Shown here: positions 8,246-18,752 of the stretch, one piece after another
How the letters are laid out: every line of letters starts with the position of its first letter
Position numbering within the stretch: position 1 is the first letter of the stretch
Source: a virus
Taxonomy: Duplodnaviria > Caudoviricetes
Reading direction: 5' to 3' (one strand)
IMG/VR virus record: IMGVR_UViG_3300033067_001965
Location: 1 to 45,673 of that record
DNA length: 45,673 nt
Program-made: the position numbers and the translations under genes
The notes under the pieces: model-generated
The model's database searches: none
The model's input: only the letters and a program-made list of their open reading frames with translations
Told to the model about the DNA's origin: nothing

Positions 8246-8707
8246 TCACTTGGAGCGGAGACGGACCACTTGAGCCTTGCGCGGCTTGCTGCCCTTATCG
8301 GGGGTGGCAAGCGGCGTGTACGTCCCCCATCCGGTTCCCTTGGATGGGAACTCCAGCTTGAGAACATTGTGAACGTACCGGCCTGGGTACATGGTTTGAA
8401 TCATGCCTTCCGCGATTGTCAGGGAGCAACCGTTGTAGCTGTAGAGCGCCCCTGAGAGGAAGCGGACGAACAGGCGCGGGAAGTAGGTTTCCCCCTCTCC
8501 CCAGTGCCACCAGATTTCCTGGACGTTGGTTGACGCCATCGTAATCGGGAAGCCCGCAATGAGCGTGTTCTCGTTGTGGGTGGGCGCGCGGCCTTGAAGC
8601 TCGGGGATGAGCGGGTTTCCGTCCCTGTCGAGCGGAACCCCGCTCGGGGTCATCCACTCGCCGGAGTTGGGAACCGGCGTTGCTTCCGGAACGTCGTCAT
8701 TGAACAT
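8246..8707 (-). CDS. KTSC domain protein
   Basis: STNVQEI...LFVRFLSGALYSY...GRYVHNVLK matches the KTSC pattern. Confidence 0.75.
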   Translation of the reverse strand: MFNDDVPEATPVPNSGEWMTPSGVPLDRDGNPLIPELQGRAPTHNENTLIAGFPITMASTNVQEIWWHWGEGETYFPRLFVRFLSGALYSYNGCSLTIAEGMIQTMYPGRYVHNVLKLEFPSKGTGWGTYTPLATPDKGSKPRKAQVVRLRSK

Positions 8708-9281
8708 CGTGACTACCCCCGGACCAGATTACTAGGATGTCATCGGGGCGGTTCTTCCATGACCGGAGATCTCGGATCTCTCCCCCAGGGCGCAGGGCAA
8801 CAAGCTCCTCCGCCCATTCCAAGTGCTGTACGTCCTCGATGATGTAGATTCCGCCAGGAGCAAGCATCGGCCACAGGTTGTTGAGTGTGGCCGCTTGATC
8901 GTCTTTCCAGTGGCTTCCGTCGTCGATGATAATCGAGAACTGGACACCGGCAATCATTTCGCAATGTTCGGGGATTGTGGTGTCGCAGCAAAAAGCGTGC
9001 GCGAGCTTCTTTCGCTCGCCCGTCTTCCTGGAGGGATCGTTGTTGAACCTCCTGACTAGCTCGGGGTCTTTCTCCGCCCCAAAGACAACGGCATTTGGGA
9101 AATAACTTTCCCAAGCCAGTAGCGAGTTTCCGTTGAGTACCCCAACCTCCAGGATGGTGAGGAGATCCATGCGGCGAGGGCGGAATAGTTGTTCATAAAT
9201 CATTCCGTAGCTGTGCGCCGTGTCCTTGTCGCTGCCGAAGCGGGTCAAGACTTCCCCGCACAGGTTGCTGTTGTGTTCCAC
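8697..9281 (-). CDS. Class I SAM-dependent methyltransferase (sugar O-methyltransferase-like)
   Basis: SDK..HSY...YE, ILEVGV..G.SL..W..YFP, IIIDDGSH and GGIYIIED motifs. GTG start with a GGGAG RBS. Confidence 0.85.
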   Translation of the reverse strand: MEHNSNLCGEVLTRFGSDKDTAHSYGMIYEQLFRPRRMDLLTILEVGVLNGNSLLAWESYFPNAVVFGAEKDPELVRRFNNDPSRKTGERKKLAHAFCCDTTIPEHCEMIAGVQFSIIIDDGSHWKDDQAATLNNLWPMLAPGGIYIIEDVQHLEWAEELVALRPGGEIRDLRSWKNRPDDILVIWSGGSHDVQ

Positions 9282-9318
9282 TGTGATGACTCCCTTTCTG
9301 CGCCCGCGCGGGCGCTGG

Positions 9319-9963
9319 TTACCTAACCCTCTTGTAGATCGTCCACCAGTCGGGCGATGACTTGAACACCGTTTCACAAATTCCGTCCAGATACCTTACG
9401 GCGTCCTGGGTGGTGTCCCAATTCACGTCATCAAAAATCAGGTAGCCGCCCACCCGGAGCCGGTCGTACCATGTGATAGCATCTTGGAAGGATCTTGTAA
9501 CCGAATGGTTCCCGTCAATGTGGACGTAATCGAGCGATTGCGACTCAAACAGCGAAGCGGCGCACGCCGAAGGGGTACGGAGGATGGCCGCGTGATCCCC
9601 TAGCCCGTAGTGCTGGATGTGCGACAGCGCCCGCGCGTGAAGGTCTTCCCAGGGGACGTGAAGACCCCAATCGTTATGGTTCGCGCGGTCCTCGAATCCC
9701 TCAACCTGCCGCTTGGCATTGTACGGGTCAATGCCGACAATGAACGGGTTGAGGCAGTTCATATCCGTGATGACTGTCTTCTTGCTCGCCAGGGCGAAAG
9801 CCGCCGGGATAAGTGAGCGACCGGCAAAAACGCCGATCTCTACGCACCGGTTGATTTCTGGGTGCGTGCAAATCTCTACGATCTTCTGCGCCTTGTCCTC
9901 GGTACACCACCCGTCACTTTCGCGACAATAGAAGTCGCGCACCTTGTCCATGATCTCTGTCAT
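9319..9963 (-). CDS. Class I SAM-dependent methyltransferase (Methyltransf_24-like)
   Basis: VEIGVFAGRS, LDYVHIDGNH and GGYLIFDD motifs. Confidence 0.85.
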   Translation of the reverse strand: MTEIMDKVRDFYCRESDGWCTEDKAQKIVEICTHPEINRCVEIGVFAGRSLIPAAFALASKKTVITDMNCLNPFIVGIDPYNAKRQVEGFEDRANHNDWGLHVPWEDLHARALSHIQHYGLGDHAAILRTPSACAASLFESQSLDYVHIDGNHSVTRSFQDAITWYDRLRVGGYLIFDDVNWDTTQDAVRYLDGICETVFKSSPDWWTIYKRVR

Positions 9964-11084
9964 ACATGCACCATGAGGTTGGAAATTTCGTCGTGGGAAA
10001 ACTCGCCAAGAAGGATCTCGCTGTCTTGGTGGCCCGCACTGACGAACCAAGTTCCGTTCTCCAGGAACGCGCCGCACGGGTAGATGACGGTCTTGTCCGG
10101 GGTGACGTTCGCGCCGTCGGTCCTGGCGTCGGCTGCCCACACGCTCCCAGGGGTCATGCGCGTGATTCGCTCGGGGCCGAACTCATACACGCCCGTTGAA
10201 TAGGTGTAGTGGTTGCCGTCCCGCCGGTAGCCGTGGAACCAGTGCCACCACAGGTTTTCACCAACCTTGACGGGCGGCGCGCCGCCCCGAATCTCCCAGC
10301 CCTGCATTGACAGCGCCCGCGCGGGCGCTGTTCTCAACTCGCCGTTGCCGCCTGGGTGGAACGTGAACCGCTGAAACGGGCTTGAGCGATAGATTATGTC
10401 CAGTCCGGAGCCTGTGTCATACGGCATCCAGTTCTTTTCGATGCGCGACAGCTTGACCCCAGGAACACTTTCGAGCGTCCACTCTGAAAGCGGCAGCGCC
10501 CCCGATTGATCGGCCGCGATCCCAGGAACAGAAATGACTTGTCTGGTGTGGAGATCTCCGGAGACAATGGATAGACCGGCATATATCATGCCAAGCCTAC
10601 CATTTGCCAGAAATAAACGCGGGTCTTCCGCGCCGCATGAGACGCTAGGCACCGCCGGTTTGTACAGGTACGAAGCCAAAACCTCGAACGTGTCCGACAG
10701 GTTGGCAATACGAACGCTCGGCGCGTCTTCCCCGAGACCGTACCACCCGGATCGGTACGCCATGAGAAGCTTCCCCATGTGCCGAATCACGGAGCCGTTG
10801 AATACCCTTTGGCCTGGGAGAGTTGACGGAGCTACGATCCTGCGCACGCGATCCGGCGCGGCAATGGTGTAGTCGCGGCAGAAAGACCCGCAGCCCTTGC
10901 ACGAACAAACGATTTCACCAAGGGGCTTGTGAGGGCTGCCACACTTGACCCACTGCTTGACGGGGCTTTCCCCTGGGGGTGGCGCGCTGGGGCTGCCGCG
11001 CTCGATGCACAGTGGCAGCGCCCGCGCGGGCGCGGATGGTGAAGTGTTCGGCGCGGCCGCGCCGATAAGGGGGAGCTTTTTCAT
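9960..11084 (-). CDS. GH130/GH43-like five-bladed beta-propeller with an N-terminal Cys-rich segment
   Basis: FNGSV, EDPRLF, EKNWMP, IRGGAPP and VIYPCGA motifs. Confidence 0.7.
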   Translation of the reverse strand: MKKLPLIGAAAPNTSPSAPARALPLCIERGSPSAPPPGESPVKQWVKCGSPHKPLGEIVCSCKGCGSFCRDYTIAAPDRVRRIVAPSTLPGQRVFNGSVIRHMGKLLMAYRSGWYGLGEDAPSVRIANLSDTFEVLASYLYKPAVPSVSCGAEDPRLFLANGRLGMIYAGLSIVSGDLHTRQVISVPGIAADQSGALPLSEWTLESVPGVKLSRIEKNWMPYDTGSGLDIIYRSSPFQRFTFHPGGNGELRTAPARALSMQGWEIRGGAPPVKVGENLWWHWFHGYRRDGNHYTYSTGVYEFGPERITRMTPGSVWAADARTDGANVTPDKTVIYPCGAFLENGTWFVSAGHQDSEILLGEFSHDEISNLMVHV

Positions 11085-11095
11085 TGATGCGACTC

Positions 11096-13732
11096 TCAGC
11101 TAAACGAATCCTGGATTCCGAACCAGTCGTATCCACCGGCCCCGAACGCGGCGTTAAAGGTTGTGGTTGTCGTGAGATCCTTGTACCCGTCCGCGTAGTA
11201 TTGCCGCGTCGTGTGCGCGAACGTAAAGTCAACGTCTAGCGCGTTCCCGGCCGTGAAGCCGTTGCCGTTGAGCGTCCCGGCGCTCGTCTGCTTGACCAAA
11301 GAGAACGCGCCGTGCGCGTACTCGCTCGATACGTTGGTGGTTGGCGACGATCCGCAGTAGGGCTGCGAATTGGAGCCGAATGCGTCGGAGCCTACGTCAT
11401 GGGAAAGGTTCGCCAGACACTTATATTCCATCACACCGGCGATTATCCCGAAATACGCACTGCCGCTGTACTGTATCTTGATCTCAACCGTTCCGCCCGT
11501 CACGGCTGCCGCTGTCGCTCCGGCAAAGGTCATAATGTCTTGATCGCAATCACCCAGGTTGCCGCCGCGCTCGCGTATGAACGCCAGGGACGCGCCGGAG
11601 CAAGTTGCCGAGACGATGCTAAACGAGTTGGCCGTGCTTACCACGTCTCCGAAGCACGCGACCGATACGACGATGACGGAGCCAGCGTCAAAGTTCAACC
11701 CCGTGATTGTCGCGGTGGCCGTACCACTCGGACCAGTCGCCACACTGGAAGCCGCCGCGCCGTGCGCGACTGCCGCCTTGGTACACCCGCCACCGGTACA
11801 CGCGGCTTCACACGCGGCAAGTGTCGAATACGTCCCGGTTCCGTCCCCAGGATCGACACAGGACGCGCCCACACAGTTGTACGTTGCGCCAACCGCGCCG
11901 CATACCCCGGTGAACGGTACGGCATCGAATCGGACGCCACCCACGCGGGTCTTGATGCTGAACGTGACAGCCGCCGAGTCAACCGCAAGGGTCTCTTGGT
12001 TGTAGTACACCCCGCACGCATACGCGATCCCGGCCGATCCCGTTACCGGACAGGAGACGGCCCCCCAGAAGTTCGGGCAAGGCCCGCCGATGGCTTCCCC
12101 GAGACAGATACCCGTGTTCCACTGGGTCGGGTCGCAACAGTTGATGAACCCGCCCGCGATGGTCACCCCAGGAAGGGAGATGGGGGCTTGGAACTGCCAC
12201 CCGTAGTAATCGCGAGTCGTCCACTCGGCAATGGCGTACACGCCACCGGAGGGGATCGCGGAGCATGGCCCGCCAAACTCCTGGGTGTTGTCCGCTGTGA
12301 TGTGTACGCACAGGTACTTTGGCCAAGTGTGGCCAAGACAGGTAATTGTCTCCGTGTGGTCGATGCACGCGGCAAGGCAATCAGAAATATTCGTGTAGGC
12401 TCCCCCGACAACCTCCGAACACGCACCCGCGTTGCACTCGAAACCCGTCTCCGGCGTGCAACAGTCGCCTGGGTTCGTCACGCACACCGTTTCCCCGGTG
12501 GCTACGCTTGTCGTCTCCACGGAGAGGGCTACGTCTGTCACCACCCCCGAAGTCTTCGTTACCGTGAGGCAACAGTTGCTCACGGCGCTGTTGTTGTTGA
12601 CCGGGATGTATCCCCAAAGGTTGCGGTCTGAGATCTCGCGGCGTAAAACTCTTGTCACGCAACCTTGCCGCCCTGGGAGTTGCACCCATTCGACTACATC
12701 ATCAAGCCCGCAAATTCCCACGTCCAAAAAACCGCGATAGGTCGCTTCGGTCCTTGACAGTCCCCATAGGTAATAGTCGGTTGCCGCCTGAACCGCGTAA
12801 GCGTCACGGCTGGCATGGGCGCTCGATGCGTCCATGTCCGCGATCACTTGACCGATCCACCCAGGAGCGCCCGCGCGGGCGCTGTAGTCAGACAGGGACA
12901 ATCCGGCGAGCGTCTTATTGATGACGTTGGTAGCCGATCCCGTGAACACAACCGCGACGGCTTCCGGGATCGACTGCGCGACCATTTGGAGCGTCGCGCG
13001 GCCACCCGACAGGATCAAGTCCCCGTATGTGGCGTCTCGGGTCTCGTCGGCAGCAAGCGCGGTCGCTGGCAACTGAACGGTAGATGACCCGTCCAGATTG
13101 CGAACGTACCGACAGCCGCAAGAGCGGATCGCGGCATCCAGGATGGGGCAGATGGGGCGGTAGCCCAGCGCCCACCGCGAAGCCGTTGGCGCGCCGTATG
13201 CCGTCGCGATTGCGGGGAGTGATCCGGTATCGGCAATCTGTGCCTGGAGGGAGCCAATCAACCCGAGCCAGGACGTGATACCCGCTTCCGGTGGGCAAGT
13301 CCCGCTCTGTTGGTTCTGCCACCACCTTCGGTCTACAAGGGTGATGTAGAACGCACCAAGCCCATCCCGGTCGGAGATGTAGCGCGGGGCCATCATCCAC
13401 ATATCCGCCGACAGTGTGCGGATGCCGTCCGACCAAACAAGAGTTTTTTCGGCCGGAGCCGATCCCATCGCGGAGAAGATCGCTTCAAGTTGCCGCTGTG
13501 TGACGACGGTATGAAACGTAGCCCACCGGCTCACATCGGTTGGCCACTGGAGAACCCCCAGGCGCGGCGGCTCCCGCCTGGGCGGGTACGGGATCGGTAG
13601 GTAGTCGATGCCGGAAGAGAGGTGCGCCGGGTAGTCGAATTCCTGGATGCGGAAATCGTGATAGTACCCGGCAAGAACGTCTTGCGCCCCGTCCGCTGGG
13701 GAGATGTCAACGCCAGCGTATGTAAATGGCAT
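11096..13732 (-). CDS. Large tail/baseplate or receptor-binding protein, Cys-rich
   Basis: Distal position in the tail operon, hub-like N-terminal part, Cys-rich middle and beta-rich G/S/T C-terminal part. Confidence 0.65.
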   Translation of the reverse strand: MPFTYAGVDISPADGAQDVLAGYYHDFRIQEFDYPAHLSSGIDYLPIPYPPRREPPRLGVLQWPTDVSRWATFHTVVTQRQLEAIFSAMGSAPAEKTLVWSDGIRTLSADMWMMAPRYISDRDGLGAFYITLVDRRWWQNQQSGTCPPEAGITSWLGLIGSLQAQIADTGSLPAIATAYGAPTASRWALGYRPICPILDAAIRSCGCRYVRNLDGSSTVQLPATALAADETRDATYGDLILSGGRATLQMVAQSIPEAVAVVFTGSATNVINKTLAGLSLSDYSARAGAPGWIGQVIADMDASSAHASRDAYAVQAATDYYLWGLSRTEATYRGFLDVGICGLDDVVEWVQLPGRQGCVTRVLRREISDRNLWGYIPVNNNSAVSNCCLTVTKTSGVVTDVALSVETTSVATGETVCVTNPGDCCTPETGFECNAGACSEVVGGAYTNISDCLAACIDHTETITCLGHTWPKYLCVHITADNTQEFGGPCSAIPSGGVYAIAEWTTRDYYGWQFQAPISLPGVTIAGGFINCCDPTQWNTGICLGEAIGGPCPNFWGAVSCPVTGSAGIAYACGVYYNQETLAVDSAAVTFSIKTRVGGVRFDAVPFTGVCGAVGATYNCVGASCVDPGDGTGTYSTLAACEAACTGGGCTKAAVAHGAAASSVATGPSGTATATITGLNFDAGSVIVVSVACFGDVVSTANSFSIVSATCSGASLAFIRERGGNLGDCDQDIMTFAGATAAAVTGGTVEIKIQYSGSAYFGIIAGVMEYKCLANLSHDVGSDAFGSNSQPYCGSSPTTNVSSEYAHGAFSLVKQTSAGTLNGNGFTAGNALDVDFTFAHTTRQYYADGYKDLTTTTTFNAAFGAGGYDWFGIQDSFS

Positions 13733-13766
13733 GATGAGACCCCGGTTGCCGCGCCCGCGCGGGCGC

Positions 13767-14342
13767 TTACGTCATTAGTAGAGTCATCTTGGCTTCAAAA
13801 ACCATCGTGGCAATTGACCATGCCGTTGACTGCCTCCCGGCCCCCACGAACTTCTTGGTACGCATTTGGATCGGTGAGACCAACCGGCATTGCTCACGCA
13901 AGTAAGAGCTTGTCGGCGTCAACGTCACCGGAGCCGTCCAGCCCTGGAATGCGGAAACACATTGGTTTATGAGGGACATTATACCAAGTGTGGAATCGCT
14001 GTAAAGCTGCGATGCCCTTAATTCTTGATCCGGCTGGAGTCTGGTAAATACGCCAATCTTGATGCGGGTATCAAAGCCCGTCCCGTCACTGGTACGCGCC
14101 CCAGGGATGCCGAGATATCCCGATACCAACCCTTGCCAGACCGGGAGATCTAGTATCCAGATGGCGACGAACCGATCCGCAGACGGGGCTTCCAGATGAT
14201 CGTTTTCTTCCGCAAGCGTAAGGAAAACACAGTCAGGCGGTATGGTCGTTGGCGGATTCGATGCGATGGAAGCTTTTGCATAGGTTTCCACCAGTGCGCA
14301 AAAGTCCGGGAGCGAAATAGGGGTAACGCCGAAGTTCATCAT
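13767..14342 (-). CDS. Putative tail completion/terminator-like virion protein
   Basis: Size, beta-rich pattern and position in the tail operon. Confidence 0.45.
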   Translation of the reverse strand: MMNFGVTPISLPDFCALVETYAKASIASNPPTTIPPDCVFLTLAEENDHLEAPSADRFVAIWILDLPVWQGLVSGYLGIPGARTSDGTGFDTRIKIGVFTRLQPDQELRASQLYSDSTLGIMSLINQCVSAFQGWTAPVTLTPTSSYLREQCRLVSPIQMRTKKFVGAGRQSTAWSIATMVFEAKMTLLMT

Positions 14343-14374
14343 TGAGCCTCACGCGCCCGCGCGGGCGCTTTCTA

Positions 14375-15751
14375 TCAAGTCGTGATCTTCGTATCGGCCT
14401 GTGTCGGTGTGGCCGATGACGGAAGGATAATGTTGTAGTTCGTGGTCATGCCGAACAGACGATCCATGAGAGCTTGGAATGTGGCGAGGTAGCTCACCCC
14501 GCCCCGGTCGTTGGTCGTAGTCAGGCTGAACGCATCATTGAGGGCAAACGGAGTAGCGCCGGAGAATATCACGGCGTTCGGGCCAAGGTTCCCTTGCGTC
14601 GTCCGCGCGGGCGCGCAGGCGATGTACGAAAGAATCACGTCATGGGTGGTTAGTGCCGTGGACATCCGGAACCGCAGATGCACGGCCGAAGGAAGAACCT
14701 CCGGGAGCCGAAAAACGAACTGGTGCGCGACGAACGAACTCGTCACGGTGTTCATGTTGATCGTCGTGCTATTGGCCGTACCCTTCTGGTCATTGATGAC
14801 GGTTCCGGAGCCGTCCACAACCTCAATTGTCAACACGCCCGCACCCGGCGCGCCTCCGACGTTTTTCAGGTAGAAGTTGACGTGATACGGGGTCAGTGCC
14901 GATAGCTCGACTGTGCTTCCCGTGCTGTCATTGAATACTTGGTCAAGCGTCTGGTTAAGTCCGAGACCCGCGACGAATTCCACGGCATACGAACCGGCAT
15001 ATGTGGTAGCCGTTCGCAGGATGCCGGTTCCCCAGGTGGCGTTACTCGTCCAGCCCGTTGGCGCGGCAAGGGCACTCGTCCATGTGCTAAACGCCCCGTT
15101 GTTCAGGACGTTGCCGGTAGAGGATTGGTTCTGCGCTGCCGAGATCGCAATCGAGCTACCCGACATATTGGAGCCGGTCGGGAAGTTGTAATCCCAGACG
15201 TTCCCGGCCGTTTGCCTCTGCCCCAGGATGGAGAATTGCTCCTGCCCCGCAGTCGCGCCACCAGTGTAGCTGTCCTGGGTACAGCGAATGTACATGACCT
15301 CCGCGACACAGTTCTGACAGGTTCGCCCGTCACCCCGGATCGTAGAGACCGACACAAGACCCGTACCCGTGTTCGTCACGGTTGGCCACGCGGCCACGGT
15401 CGCGCCAACCGTACAGGTCTTTACCGTGTCACCACTGGAGAGCATGGATTGATAAAGGTACTGGAGCGCGCCGGGAACGCTCGTGATCGTCGGGTTGTCT
15501 GCCTTGACGTAGTATAGGAGCGTCGGCGCGGCCATCGCTGATACGATGGAGATACCCGAGTTGATAGCCGTAATACTAGCGGCTTCGCCCTGGACGAGCG
15601 AAGCGTATTCCGGGGTAACCGGGATCGCGGCAAGCGACGTAATGAGCGCGTCCTCTAGCGTCTTGATGGCGGATTGGTCGCCAGCCAGGACGTAGGGAAT
15701 GTGGCCGATCTTGCCGAGCGCAGTAAACAGGCTGTTGCAGTTGACTGACAT
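14375..15751 (-). CDS. Virion structural protein with a carbohydrate-binding-like domain
   Basis: NVLNNGAFSTW...PTGW resembles a CBM start. T/G/S-rich. Confidence 0.6.
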   Translation of the reverse strand: MSVNCNSLFTALGKIGHIPYVLAGDQSAIKTLEDALITSLAAIPVTPEYASLVQGEAASITAINSGISIVSAMAAPTLLYYVKADNPTITSVPGALQYLYQSMLSSGDTVKTCTVGATVAAWPTVTNTGTGLVSVSTIRGDGRTCQNCVAEVMYIRCTQDSYTGGATAGQEQFSILGQRQTAGNVWDYNFPTGSNMSGSSIAISAAQNQSSTGNVLNNGAFSTWTSALAAPTGWTSNATWGTGILRTATTYAGSYAVEFVAGLGLNQTLDQVFNDSTGSTVELSALTPYHVNFYLKNVGGAPGAGVLTIEVVDGSGTVINDQKGTANSTTINMNTVTSSFVAHQFVFRLPEVLPSAVHLRFRMSTALTTHDVILSYIACAPARTTQGNLGPNAVIFSGATPFALNDAFSLTTTNDRGGVSYLATFQALMDRLFGMTTNYNIILPSSATPTQADTKITT

Positions 15752-15791
15752 TTGTTATTCCGATCAAGTTACACGCGCCCGCGCGGGCGCG

Positions 15792-17774
15792 TTACGGACC
15801 AGCCGGAGGCGGTGCGTAATCCGGTCCTGGCGGGAAGTTCGGCATGCCACCGGCAAGGACGCCACCCGGTTGGTACAAGAAGCTCAGTTCCCCCGCCACC
15901 CCTGGGGCGGTTCCCGATTGGTCCGAGAACCCCAGCCCACCCCCAAATGCTCCAGGGATGAATAGATTGTTAATCGCAAGGTCCGGGGAGTCAAGGTTGA
16001 CTTTGTTCACAAACGGGTTAGATCCTTCCTGCGCCGCCGGGTTGTTCCCGGTAGCCAGAGACGCGGCAGTCTGGGAGAAGAACCCGCCACCGGTGTTGGC
16101 TACCCCGGTTCGGATCTCGTCCGTTACCATCGGTGGCGTCGTCGTGGACATCTTCCACTTGGCGAAGTCCACAATGGAGTAAACGTAGTACCCCGCCATC
16201 ATGTATATGAGGGCTGTTCCATCGGCGTTGGGGATCGCTTGTGACGCCACGGTTGAGCCGCCCAATCCCACTAGGTTCGGGTCGCTCGGGGTGAACTCCG
16301 GGAGCTTGGGGGGCGCGCCCTGGCGGGACGCCACCCAGTTGACAATCATTTGGGAGATGCCGCCGGATACCTGGACGGTCTCCGTTGCGGTCGGGCTGTT
16401 CCCAGCGCCGGTAGCTGGCATCTGGACTAGCCCCAGGTCCGTCGTCGTCGCGGTCTCAATTTCGTACCAGTCGTAGGGCGGGTCAACCGGATCGTAGTTC
16501 GGTTCCGAGAAAGGCGGGAGCGGGACGGTTGACAAGTTCACTTCTGCCGGTCGCCACGCGCCGGTTGACATCGACGTATTGAACGGCTGGGGGTACGTCC
16601 CGCCGGTCTTTAGCTCAACTTCCGTACCGTCGCACAAGCACGGGTCATTGAAGAGAGCCGCCAGGAGACCGGCCAGCCTGGAGCGTGTCGGGGGAGCGAT
16701 ACCCGGCTTGTTGCTCCCAAGTCCTGCGGTCTCAACACCGGCGCTCGGCATGATCGAAAGCGGAGCGGCCGGAGCCGTGATCCCAAGCGCGGCGGCAGCC
16801 GCCGCGAAGCCCGTGGCAAAAGCGCCCGTCGTATTGAAACCGCGCGTCTGCATGGGCGGCAGGATGCAAGACATGGAAGCCCGCACCGCCGGTTTGCCTA
16901 GACAGTCTTCCTCAAAGCTTCCCGTGATGATCGGAACGTAGTTGTTACTGGTTCCCGCGTTAAAGATCCCTTCCGCAACGAGCTTGGAGTAGCACATTGA
17001 GATAGCGCGCGTCAGAAGGTCTTTGCGACTCGTCCCCTTGCGGCCGGTCAGACCGACGACAACGGAGCCGACGCGGTTGACGCCACCCTTGGTAACGTCA
17101 ACGCGATACTTCATATCTGCGGTGGTTGCCGGGTAGGGCGGGAGCCGGTCGTATTCTTGATCCGTGAATGCGAAATCAAGCTCCATGCCATCCGGGGAGA
17201 GCGTGTACTCGGCGCGCTCCCTCTTGTAGTCGGCAAGTAGGGGCGGAGTCGCCAGCCCACGGTATGTATCCGCCGACGTGAGAAGGTCCGTCCTCACAAT
17301 GAGCTTGCCGCGCGTCGTGATCGTTGAGAACTGGTCTCCGTCAAAGGATTCTGATTGCGTCCACCGGAGCGATACAATCGGGTCTCGCGGGTTACATGTA
17401 TCGTCACAGTCTACAAGCTCAACCACGAAACCATGCTCTACAATAAACGTACCGTTCGTGATCACGTTCGGAATCGTCACCGGAAGCGGCGTCGGCCCCT
17501 TGTTGGCGTCAATGTTCCCGCACGATACCACCAGCGAACCACTTGTGTAGCTACAAGCCCTGCGCGGCGTCGTAAGAGCGTCCTTGACGCCCTGGAGGAA
17601 CGCTCCGGAGTCTTGCGAAATGCTCGAAACATCGGCAGCCAAGAACCCTTGAACGCGGATGGTGTACTTGGTGCGGATCTTGTCTGTGTTCGTGGGGTCT
17701 CGGACTTCCTCAACCTTGAAAATCAAGGTTCGGCAGTCTGTTAATCTCACGTTGTTGTAAACGTAGATACTCAT
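15792..17774 (-). CDS. Putative tail/baseplate structural protein
   Basis: 660-aa ORF directly downstream of the tape-measure-like gene. Confidence 0.55.
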   Translation of the reverse strand: MSIYVYNNVRLTDCRTLIFKVEEVRDPTNTDKIRTKYTIRVQGFLAADVSSISQDSGAFLQGVKDALTTPRRACSYTSGSLVVSCGNIDANKGPTPLPVTIPNVITNGTFIVEHGFVVELVDCDDTCNPRDPIVSLRWTQSESFDGDQFSTITTRGKLIVRTDLLTSADTYRGLATPPLLADYKRERAEYTLSPDGMELDFAFTDQEYDRLPPYPATTADMKYRVDVTKGGVNRVGSVVVGLTGRKGTSRKDLLTRAISMCYSKLVAEGIFNAGTSNNYVPIITGSFEEDCLGKPAVRASMSCILPPMQTRGFNTTGAFATGFAAAAAALGITAPAAPLSIMPSAGVETAGLGSNKPGIAPPTRSRLAGLLAALFNDPCLCDGTEVELKTGGTYPQPFNTSMSTGAWRPAEVNLSTVPLPPFSEPNYDPVDPPYDWYEIETATTTDLGLVQMPATGAGNSPTATETVQVSGGISQMIVNWVASRQGAPPKLPEFTPSDPNLVGLGGSTVASQAIPNADGTALIYMMAGYYVYSIVDFAKWKMSTTTPPMVTDEIRTGVANTGGGFFSQTAASLATGNNPAAQEGSNPFVNKVNLDSPDLAINNLFIPGAFGGGLGFSDQSGTAPGVAGELSFLYQPGGVLAGGMPNFPPGPDYAPPPAGP

Positions 17775-17816
17775 CTATCCCCCATCCCCCATCCCGCGCC
17801 CGCGCGGGCGCGACTG

Positions 17817-18752
17817 TCACGGGCCACCGATCCCCAGCCGCCCTGGAGGAGCCGCGCCGATCGGACCAGCAACGCCGAACTTGGCAGCCGCCGCGCGTGC
17901 CTTTTCCATCATGCCTTTTGCCTCTCGCTCGATGCGATCCATTTCCCTTTGTACGTCTGGCATCATGCCAACGATGCCCTCCGGTGTGGGCTTCTCGTCA
18001 GACAAGACGCCCAGGAAGCGGCCAATGGAGTTGACGCTCTCCAGGACTTCGGAGAGAGCGTCATTGAGGAATGAGAGGACGTTGTTAACCGCGTTATCGA
18101 ATGCGTCGGAGATCGGCCGCGCGGCGTCCCTGCGCCTGGCGTCACTCTCCATCAAGCGGCCGGTTGAGGCTGCCGTGTTCGCTGCCGTCTGCCGATCCCG
18201 CGCGGCGTCCCGGAATTCCTTCTCCGCGAAAATCGCGGCCATCTGCCCCGAGTATTCCGCAAGCCGCTTTTTGCTATCCAGGGCGGCAGCCGTCCAAGCA
18301 CCAACCGCCTTGTTAGCCTCCACGAAGCCGGTGACGATCCCGGCAATGGCACCAATCGCGCCACCGGCAACACCCGCCACCCGTCCGAGACTGGCCGCGC
18401 CCGAGCGAGACGCGCCCGCCAAGCGGCCGGTTGCTAACCCAACCTTGCGGCCGATCCTCCGGCCGGTTCTCGCCCTGGCGCGAACGCTCTGGACGAACCG
18501 CCCTATTCTCGTCTTGGCAAGCGGCTGGGCTTGAGCCTGCGCCCGCGCGGGCGCGCCCGCTTGCTGGCCGCTAGCCGCAACAGCCGCCGCGATTGCCTGG
18601 GCGCTGGTGGCCGGAGCCACTGACGCGATCTTTTGCGTGTCAACAAGTATCTGGGTGACGTTTGCGGAGATCGCGGCAATGCCCTGTGCCTGGAGTGAGG
18701 CAAGACCGGTTAGCTTTTGAAGCTCTCGGAGTACATCGTTATTGGTTGCCAT
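17817..18752 (-). CDS. Short tape-measure-like protein
   Basis: Ala/Gly-rich and helical with a hydrophobic GAIGAIAGIV segment. Follows the tail tube and chaperone genes. Confidence 0.6.
   Translation of the reverse strand: MATNNDVLRELQKLTGLASLQAQGIAAISANVTQILVDTQKIASVAPATSAQAIAAAVAASGQQAGAPARAQAQAQPLAKTRIGRFVQSVRARARTGRRIGRKVGLATGRLAGASRSGAASLGRVAGVAGGAIGAIAGIVTGFVEANKAVGAWTAAALDSKKRLAEYSGQMAAIFAEKEFRDAARDRQTAANTAASTGRLMESDARRRDAARPISDAFDNAVNNVLSFLNDALSEVLESVNSIGRFLGVLSDEKPTPEGIVGMMPDVQREMDRIEREAKGMMEKARAAAAKFGVAGPIGAAPPGRLGIGGP

Noticed and set aside
11312-12631. Long plus-strand ORFs (also 21889-23031, 24095-25213, 28222-29277 and 39785-40741)
   Set aside because: They are antisense shadows of clear minus-strand genes in GC-rich DNA, with Arg/Gly/Val-rich composition and no motifs or RBS.
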